A stretch of 18,392 bases of DNA from Oculatellaceae cyanobacterium bins.114 (GTDB lineage Bacteria; Cyanobacteriota; Cyanobacteriia; Elainellales; Elainellaceae), in contig JANRJA010000121.1 of NCBI GenBank assembly GCA_033764315.1, forward strand, positions 1 to 18,392, given 5' to 3'. Within the stretch, counting starts at the first letter, position 1; each line of letters starts with the position of its first letter. Below, piece by piece: positions 1 to 6,185 of this stretch. The notes beneath the pieces were generated by a model that saw only the letters and a program-made list of their open reading frames with translations, was not told the DNA's origin and searched no databases. The position numbers were made by a program, and so were the translations under genes.

Positions 1-96
1 CCACTCTTAAAAAGCAGGGGCATCCTCTACTTGATGCCCTAGAACAGCTATTCCTGGGACATCCCATTCCCCTAATTCTTCAGCCTGAGTAGTTAC
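1..96 (+). mobile_element. Right end of an IS66-family insertion sequence (probably ISBst12 group), extending beyond the left edge of the window
   Basis: A transposase-like C-terminus is followed directly by ...CCTGAGTAGTTAC ending at 96. Its reverse complement, GTAACTACTCAGG, starts with the GTAA typical of IS66 termini. Confidence 0.8.
3..92 (+). CDS. IS66-family transposase, C-terminal fragment (5'-partial)
   Basis: Not in the ORF track. The frame from base 3 reads TLKKQGHPLLDALEQLFLGHPIPLILQPE* (TAG at 90-92), resembling the STxxKQG...LDAL..LF.G.P ending of IS66 transposases. Confidence 0.78.
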   Translation, partial: TLKKQGHPLLDALEQLFLGHPIPLILQPE

Positions 97-1257
97 AAAA
101 ATAGATTGATGGGTCACTTTTAGTCCTCTTTCTGTACTATGTTTCCGATGCAACGCAATAATTTCATTTTGATGTTCAATTGTGCGTTCTTGAAGCTGTT
201 GTCTGTACTGAGCCTCCTGTAATTGAAGCTGATGTTGATAAAATTCTTTTGCCTGCCGCTCGATTGATTCTTTGTCAATATTTAGTGGTACTTCCAATCG
301 AACCAGAAATGTTCCAATTGCCTTCTTCTCAATGCCTTGAATAGATACTTCGTTTCCATATTCTGATTGCAAATCATTTAAGGAGTTGAGGAATGCTTTC
401 CAGTCAATACCGTCATTAAAGAAGAGATCTACAGTCTCTAAAACAATTTGATAGCGTTTAGTAAATTCACCTGGAGCAAAGATTTGATCGGGATCATGAG
501 GACGGCGATCGAAGTAATAATCCTCACCATAATCATTATCCCACTCCAGGAAAATGTATTCACAAACAACATCCTGCAAATCAGTTTCGGCACTAATATT
601 CCAGTCTTTAATACAAGCACCTGTGATTATGGCTCCCTGAAACTTTGTTCCGATGATCTGGGCTTGGCAGAGGTTTGCTTTATTAAGCTTGGCATTAGTC
701 AAATTAGCACCATTCAGATTGGTATAACGTAAATCAGCTTCGATTAAACTAGCTTGGCTCAAATCGGCACTGTCTAGGTTGGCATTACGCAAATCTGCGT
801 GGTGCAGATCGGCAGCCAAAAAGTCTGCATAAATTAAGTTAGCAAGGGTTAAAGAAGCATTCTTTAAGACAACATTTCGTAGTTTAGTACCAGTAAGAAT
901 AGCTTCATTAAGTTTCACTTGACTCATGTCAGCGTCCTCAAGATTGGCAAAACTAAGATTTGCACCACTCAAGTCAGCTTTCACAAAGCTGACTTGACAA
1001 AGATTAGCATTATCAATGTTGGCTCCTCTTAGGTCGGCATGGTTGAGGTTAGCATCAAGAAGATTGGTATGAGATAGGTTACTGCGAAAGAATTTCGTGT
1101 TGCTTAAGTTAGTTCTGCTGAAATCAGCACCAAAAAGGACAGCGTTTTCGAGGTTTACTCTACTCAAATCGGGTTTCACCGCTGGATTCTTCCTCCTCCA
1201 ATCGTTCCAGAGTGGAATTCCTTGGCTCAATATCTCTAAGTGCTTCTCGTTTGCCAT
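7..1257 (-). CDS. Pentapeptide-repeat protein, probably C-terminally disrupted; the last ~29 codons come from the IS
   Basis: Long A(D/N)LxxA(D/N)L repeat tract after a MANEKHL..WNDWR leader, then the GACIxDWNI..CEY..RRP..F.PGEF region and a Gln-rich coil. The ORF runs into the IS end at 96 and stops inside it. Confidence 0.88.
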   Translation of the reverse strand: MANEKHLEILSQGIPLWNDWRRKNPAVKPDLSRVNLENAVLFGADFSRTNLSNTKFFRSNLSHTNLLDANLNHADLRGANIDNANLCQVSFVKADLSGANLSFANLEDADMSQVKLNEAILTGTKLRNVVLKNASLTLANLIYADFLAADLHHADLRNANLDSADLSQASLIEADLRYTNLNGANLTNAKLNKANLCQAQIIGTKFQGAIITGACIKDWNISAETDLQDVVCEYIFLEWDNDYGEDYYFDRRPHDPDQIFAPGEFTKRYQIVLETVDLFFNDGIDWKAFLNSLNDLQSEYGNEVSIQGIEKKAIGTFLVRLEVPLNIDKESIERQAKEFYQHQLQLQEAQYRQQLQERTIEHQNEIIALHRKHSTERGLKVTHQSIFVTTQAEELGEWDVPGIAVLGHQVEDAPAF

Positions 1258-1367
1258 TTGCCTTTATGACTTAAGATTTTGGGTTGGATTCAGCTCTCTT
1301 GACACTCACTAGGGGAATCAAAAACTGGGTTTCTTGGATTGAGCTTGTGAGTTCCTGTACTGCTTGG

Positions 1368-1955
1368 CTATGGCTCTTGAGGCTGCAAAACTTCGTTAGC
1401 GGTTAGTTGCAAGCTTGGGAAGGTGTTGCATTGAATGATTTGCTCGCCTCGATACTCATCCTGCTCATAAAAGTCGGCTTCCTGATCGAGGCGTAAAACC
1501 GTTATTTTTTGGTGTTCGGGGTCAATGATCCAATATTCTCGAATGCCTCGAACCCGATATTCATAACGCTTTTCTTCGTAATCGCGTTTGCGATTCTTGG
1601 CACCCGTGCTGACAATTTCGATCGCCATTTCAGGGGCAAAGTCAATCACATCCACCTCGGCTGAGTCGAGATGAGTCGCATCAAAGACAACTAAATCTGG
1701 ATAGCGACACATCGTTTTGCCGTTGAGCTTTTGGGTTTTTACCCCAACATCGGTTCGTCCTGTATCCCACTGTCGTTGCAGGCGTTTAATCTCTTGTCGA
1801 AAGCACTCTTCGAGAAATTGAGCAATTTTGCGATGCAGGCGAATTGAAGGGGGCATTTCAATCAAGGTTCCATCGTCAAATTCATACCGGGTATCCGTGC
1901 CATCGTCATAGGCTAGATACTCTTCAAAACTTAGTTTCTGCTGTGTTGTGGTCAT
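1368..1955 (-). CDS. Uma2-family (DUF820) endonuclease-fold protein
   Basis: LSFEEYL..RYE..G.LIEMPP..H, RYPD, EIVS, DYEEKR.EY..GI.EYWIID motifs. Start placed at ATG 1955 (MTTTQQK); the longer ORF to 2159 overlaps the upstream gene. Confidence 0.92.
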   Translation of the reverse strand: MTTTQQKLSFEEYLAYDDGTDTRYEFDDGTLIEMPPSIRLHRKIAQFLEECFRQEIKRLQRQWDTGRTDVGVKTQKLNGKTMCRYPDLVVFDATHLDSAEVDVIDFAPEMAIEIVSTGAKNRKRDYEEKRYEYRVRGIREYWIIDPEHQKITVLRLDQEADFYEQDEYRGEQIIQCNTFPSLQLTANEVLQPQEP

Positions 1956-1971
1956 GGTAGTTGTTCTTTCC

Positions 1972-2526
1972 TTAACCGTTGAGTAAGCGGCTAACAGCGA
2001 TCGCCACCTCTGGAAAAGCCAAGGGACTAATTCTTTCAGCGGTATAAGTCGTTTGAGTGGTGTAGCCTTCAGGTTGAGGGTCACGAAACACGATGAGTTC
2101 TCTGGTTCGGAGATTGACGACCCAATATTCGAGAATGCCAGCCGCAGCGTAAATGACATTCTTCTCCTCTAAATCTTTTCTCAAGCTAGAGTCGGCGTAT
2201 TCAATTACCCAGAAAACATCTTCAGGATAGGGATGGTGAGAGTTATACCGTACGTTTTGGCAGATGCACAGGTCAGGCTCTGGCTCCGATCGGTTAGCTA
2301 AAGTAATCGGTTTTGCCTCCCTAACCTTGGCGCAATCGCCCAATAACCCACGCAAATACTGTGCAGCTTCATCGCTCAAGTCAGCATGGTCGATTCCTTC
2401 TGGAGCCATATCTACAATCACTCCATTTAATAGTTCAACCTGGCGATCGCTCAAAATACCCGCCTCGATCATGCGGTGGTAGTCGTCAACCGTCCATTTT
2501 GTAGCGTTGAGTGTGGATGGTGTCAT
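1972..2526 (-). CDS. Uma2-family (DUF820) endonuclease-fold protein
   Basis: WTVDDYHRM..G, VELLNG.IVDM.P..H, SEPEPD, VIEYADSS..DL..K..YA.AGI.EYWVVNL motifs. Confidence 0.93.
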   Translation of the reverse strand: MTPSTLNATKWTVDDYHRMIEAGILSDRQVELLNGVIVDMAPEGIDHADLSDEAAQYLRGLLGDCAKVREAKPITLANRSEPEPDLCICQNVRYNSHHPYPEDVFWVIEYADSSLRKDLEEKNVIYAAAGILEYWVVNLRTRELIVFRDPQPEGYTTQTTYTAERISPLAFPEVAIAVSRLLNG

Positions 2527-3125
2527 AGTATTCGCTTCTCTCTATAGTGTGTTTTGTCCTTATCCATTGAGTAAGCGGCTAACAGCGATCGCCACTTCAG
2601 GGAACGCCAATGGAGCAATGGTTTCAGCAGTGTAGGGGGTTTGTAGTCTGTAGCCTGTGGGTTGGGGTTCTCGAAACAGAATTAGTTCTTTAGTTTTGAG
2701 GTTGACCACCCAATATTCGGGAATGCTTGCAGCGGCATAAATCACATTTTTCGCTTCTAAGTCTTTGGTCAAACTGGAATTAGAATACTCAATCACCCAG
2801 AAAATATCGGCTGGATAGGGATGATGCTCTAGATAAACGCTGACGGGGTGAGGCGCAACCACGGCAATGTCGGGTTCTGGCTCAGAGTTGGGCGACAGGG
2901 TAACGGGTTTTGCCTCTCGAATTCTAACTCGGTTGCCCAGGACTGATCTCAGGTAGTCTGCAAAGTCTTGGGAGTAAGCGGCATGAGAGGTTCCCTCTGG
3001 CGACATATCTACAATCACTCCATTTAATAGTTCAACCTGGCGATCGCTCAAAATACCCGCCTCGATCATGCGGTGGTAGTCGTCAACCGTCCATTTTGTA
3101 GCGTTGAGTGTGGATGGTGTCATAG
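2407..3125. repeat. Exact 122-bp direct repeat (2407-2528 and 3004-3125) covering the first 40 codons of two Uma2 genes
   Basis: Base-by-base comparison, from CATATCTACAATC to GGTGTCATAG. A second exact 29-bp block lies at 1979-2007 and 2567-2595. Confidence 0.95.
2560..3123 (-). CDS. Uma2-family (DUF820) endonuclease-fold protein, paralog of 1972-2526
   Basis: Same motif set as 1972-2526. AGGAGG precedes ATG 3123 (MTPSTLN), and this start matches the paralog. Confidence 0.93.
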   Translation of the reverse strand: MTPSTLNATKWTVDDYHRMIEAGILSDRQVELLNGVIVDMSPEGTSHAAYSQDFADYLRSVLGNRVRIREAKPVTLSPNSEPEPDIAVVAPHPVSVYLEHHPYPADIFWVIEYSNSSLTKDLEAKNVIYAAASIPEYWVVNLKTKELILFREPQPTGYRLQTPYTAETIAPLAFPEVAIAVSRLLNG

Positions 3126-3243
3126 CGATCGCCTCCTGTGCCATTGCGCCAAACGGGAATTGTCCAAATTCTAACAAGGCTTCTCACTCCCCACTCTCCA
3201 ATTCTCAGAAGTTGCATAGGTGTCAATCCCTCAGATTTATGAA

Positions 3244-3283
3244 TGAGTGACTCACCCAGATGAGTGACGAAAAAGATTCGTCA
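3244..3283. promoter_or_regulatory. Two palindromes in the divergent promoter region; candidate operator(s)
   Basis: TGAGT-G-ACTCA (3244-3254) and TGACGAA-N5-TTCGTCA (3265-3283). ATGAGTGAC also occurs twice. Confidence 0.35.
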
Positions 3284-3362
3284 AAACTCTGTATCACAGT
3301 CAAGGGAGGTGAAACAATTGAAGACAATTTCAGCGATCGCTTACCGGGTTGATAGGAGCGTT

Positions 3363-4775
3363 ATGAGTTCTGCGGTGAAGTATTGGAAGTTTGTCCGACT
3401 GGATGCTACCGGAAAACGTCAGATTGAGGAGATTGCGGCAGCAAAAACATTTCTGCTGCAACACTTTGGCGAAGACCTGCGGCAGTCTGAGCTGACAGAT
3501 ACCACGATTCAACGACAACTCTGGCAGATCTGGCAGAATAACACGACTGATTCTGAGACTCGCCGGTTAGCTGAAATTTGTTTGCGATGTTACATCTCCA
3601 ACCAGATTGAGCAGGTGTGCTTGCATCTAGAAGGTCAGTTTGGGAGTGAGCATGGCTTCACTCGATATGACCTGTTTCCCCTGGTGTTAAATGATGTGCC
3701 AGAAGTCCGGCGATTTCCTCAGGTCACTGCCAGAACCACCTATCGATCGCTGGCGACTGACATTTTGCAGAGTTTTGACCCAACAAAAGCCAGCCTTAGC
3801 ACTTGGGCGACTCGTCTGGTGCGGCACGACAAAGAGGTGAATGCCTTTTTGCTAGATCACGGCATCTATCTGATCAGCGATTGGGCGATCCTCAATGACA
3901 CCACCCCCAAGCAACTGCAACGCATTCTAGCCGAGTTTCATGCCCTGACGATCGCTGAGATTCATCAAGCAACCCACTTGTTGCAGGGCTATCACCTAAT
4001 TTATCGGCAAGCCCGCTTGCAACAACGGCAATCTGGCGCAAAAGGGCAGTGCCCCCCACCAACGCCAGAGCAGTTGCGGCGAATTGCCCAATATCTCGAA
4101 GGTGTGACTCAGAAACTGACTCCTGAAGCGACATTGAGCCGACTACAAACCCTGGCAACTCTATTGCGGCAATATCGCATTTATGTACGCGGTGGAGCGG
4201 CCCCCACAGAATCACTGGATCAGCCAGAACAGCAAGCTTTGGCAGCCCAGCTTCTATTTCCTGAACGCGACACCGAACAAGAGGCAGAAAACGAGTTTCT
4301 GACGTTCTATCGCAACCAGTTTCTCACTTCCCTCGATCAAACCCTGGCACAAGTTACCAGCGATCGCCTGGGGCAACTGCGGCGCAAAGGCTGTGAGACC
4401 ATCCAACAGTTTCTCTCGGCGATGTACCTGTTTCACTGTGAGGGGCGATCGATGACCGAGATCGCGGTTGAAGTGGGGTTGCAAGCACAATATCAAGTAA
4501 CTCGCCTGCTCAAACTTAAGGAGTTTCGGGCAGAGGTACGACAGCACCTATTGTTAACCCTACGCGATCGCATTCTTGACAAAGCCAAAGAATACGCCGA
4601 CCCCAACCGCCTAAAAAGTTTAGACCAAACTCTAGAGGCAGCGTTGGATGAACAAATTGCGGCTATTTTACAACAAGCCGAAGCCGAGGCCAGCGTTGCC
4701 AAACATTGCCCGTTAGACAGTCTGTTTGCCCGCAGATTGTGTCAATATCTTGACCATAGGAACACCGAATCATGA
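3363..4775 (+). CDS. Conserved-type cyanobacterial hypothetical protein with divergent sigma-70-like features
   Basis: SFDPTKASLSTWATRLVR resembles sigma region 2.3-2.4. LFHCEGRSMTEIAVEVGL..YQVTRLL resembles a region-4 HTH. AGGAG precedes ATG 3363, preferred over GTG 3264. The CDS is secure; the sigma function is inferred. Confidence 0.7.
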   Translation: MSSAVKYWKFVRLDATGKRQIEEIAAAKTFLLQHFGEDLRQSELTDTTIQRQLWQIWQNNTTDSETRRLAEICLRCYISNQIEQVCLHLEGQFGSEHGFTRYDLFPLVLNDVPEVRRFPQVTARTTYRSLATDILQSFDPTKASLSTWATRLVRHDKEVNAFLLDHGIYLISDWAILNDTTPKQLQRILAEFHALTIAEIHQATHLLQGYHLIYRQARLQQRQSGAKGQCPPPTPEQLRRIAQYLEGVTQKLTPEATLSRLQTLATLLRQYRIYVRGGAAPTESLDQPEQQALAAQLLFPERDTEQEAENEFLTFYRNQFLTSLDQTLAQVTSDRLGQLRRKGCETIQQFLSAMYLFHCEGRSMTEIAVEVGLQAQYQVTRLLKLKEFRAEVRQHLLLTLRDRILDKAKEYADPNRLKSLDQTLEAALDEQIAAILQQAEAEASVAKHCPLDSLFARRLCQYLDHRNTES

Positions 4776-5989
4776 CTTACTCGTTTATGGATGCTGATAC
4801 CCACTTAGACAGCGAAGCGATCGCCCTGGATAGCATCTCTCTCTCACAAGCTGAAATCGATCAGGCTCTGCAACAGAGCCAAACCCTTCCCTCTGAGCAC
4901 CAGTGGCAGACCTATCTCAGTGCGCTGGCACTGGCTGGATTTGAACAATGGCTGAGCGATCGCGCCCCCGAACTGACCCTAGAGAAACCAGTCCCTGCTC
5001 TCTTTGGCGTTCATACAATAACGGTGGGCGAGTTTAAGGTAGCTCTATTGACGATGGGCAGTTTGACCGATACGCTCGTAACCGTTCCTGAAGCAGCGAT
5101 CGACTCCCCTGCGTCAGCCGCTCAACTGTATGTCTTACTGGAAGTCCAAGAAGAACAAGAACAGGTGCTGATCAAAGCGATCTTGCGATCGGATCAACTA
5201 CGGCAATATCAGCAATCTCAGGCCTTAACACTCGAATCCAATGGCACCTATTCCCTGCCTATACATTGGTTCGCGACCGATGCCAACGATTTGCTGTTAT
5301 ATCTACGTTGCTTAGAACCTGCTGCGCTGCCTCTAGGGGGAGTGCAGGTTGCAACTCAACCCACCACAACCCAACTTCTTGTGGGCAGTTCTAGAGAAGC
5401 CGTCGAAGCCATTGCTAACACCGCATCAACTCTGTTGCAAGGAGCCATCAACACCGGATTGTGGGTTCAAAATCAACTGGATGCGATCGCCCAAGAGTTA
5501 ACCTGGGTGCTACTTCCCCCGCCTGTTGCTCCTGGCATGCGTTATCGCGGTGTCACCGCTGAATCTCCCCCTGAGCAGTTTGAGCAACTGATCACCGAGC
5601 TAGGGCGGGTGGGGGTAGACGTGCCTGCGGATGCGCGAGGGGCCTACCGAGAATTACACTGGGGCAGGGTTGCGTTACGCCTCTATGCGGTTGCCTGGGC
5701 ATTGCCCTCAGTGGCGGCGGCTCCCGAATGGTCACTGCTGGTGATTCTAGGTAGCCAATCGACCGACCTTCCCGCTGGCATCAAACTACAAATCCGTGAT
5801 CAAGATCAGGTGTTAGTGGAACGGGCGATCGCTCCTGATGACTCCCAGAGCTACCTTTATGGGCGCGTTATTGGCAATTGGGACGAACAATTTTGGATCA
5901 CGGTAGATATGGCAAATGGTGCAGTCGTCACCTTTCCTCCCTTTAGCTTTAACCCACAGCAGAATGAAAGGATAAAGGATAAAAATTAG
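4772..5989 (+). CDS. DUF1822 family protein
   Basis: WQTYL.ALAL.GFEQWL, VGEFKV.L..GSL.D..V.VP.AAID, LYVLLEV.EEQ and LLLYLRCLEP motifs, plus a beta-rich C-terminal domain. ATGA 4-bp overlap with the upstream gene. Confidence 0.85.
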   Translation: MTYSFMDADTHLDSEAIALDSISLSQAEIDQALQQSQTLPSEHQWQTYLSALALAGFEQWLSDRAPELTLEKPVPALFGVHTITVGEFKVALLTMGSLTDTLVTVPEAAIDSPASAAQLYVLLEVQEEQEQVLIKAILRSDQLRQYQQSQALTLESNGTYSLPIHWFATDANDLLLYLRCLEPAALPLGGVQVATQPTTTQLLVGSSREAVEAIANTASTLLQGAINTGLWVQNQLDAIAQELTWVLLPPPVAPGMRYRGVTAESPPEQFEQLITELGRVGVDVPADARGAYRELHWGRVALRLYAVAWALPSVAAAPEWSLLVILGSQSTDLPAGIKLQIRDQDQVLVERAIAPDDSQSYLYGRVIGNWDEQFWITVDMANGAVVTFPPFSFNPQQNERIKDKN

Positions 5990-6033
5990 TGCAAATTCCC
6001 CCTTTTTTATCTTTCAGCCTTCCTCCATCTCTT

Positions 6034-6158
6034 ATCCTTCATCCTTCTTTTTCTTTTTCCTTCTTCTCTCTTCTCCTTTAGCCCTCATCCTTCATCCTTC
6101 TTTTTCTTTTTCCTTCTTCTCTCTTCTCCTTTAGCCCTCATCCTTCATCCTTCTTTTT
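6034..6158. repeat. 53-bp pyrimidine-rich tandem repeat (~2.4 copies) built from heptamer-like units (ATCCTTC)
   Basis: The unit restarts at 6034, 6087 and 6140, within a C/T-rich spacer spanning 5990-6185. Confidence 0.92.
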
Positions 6159-6185
6159 TCTCTCTTCTTTTTTCTATTTTCCCCC

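Noticed and set aside
1319-1335. AAAAACTGGGTTTCTT-type short quasi-palindrome upstream of the pentapeptide gene
   Set aside because: Single imperfect copy in the window; cannot be supported as a repeat family or operator.
1956-2159. N-terminal extension of the 1368..2159 ORF
   Set aside because: It overlaps the neighbouring Uma2 gene in another frame, and Uma2 similarity begins at MTTTQQK (1955).
1979-3125. Repeats as a CRISPR array or a DGR template/variable pair
   Set aside because: There are only two copies, both within coding paralogs. There are no spacers, no adenine-specific mismatch pattern, and no cas or reverse transcriptase gene.
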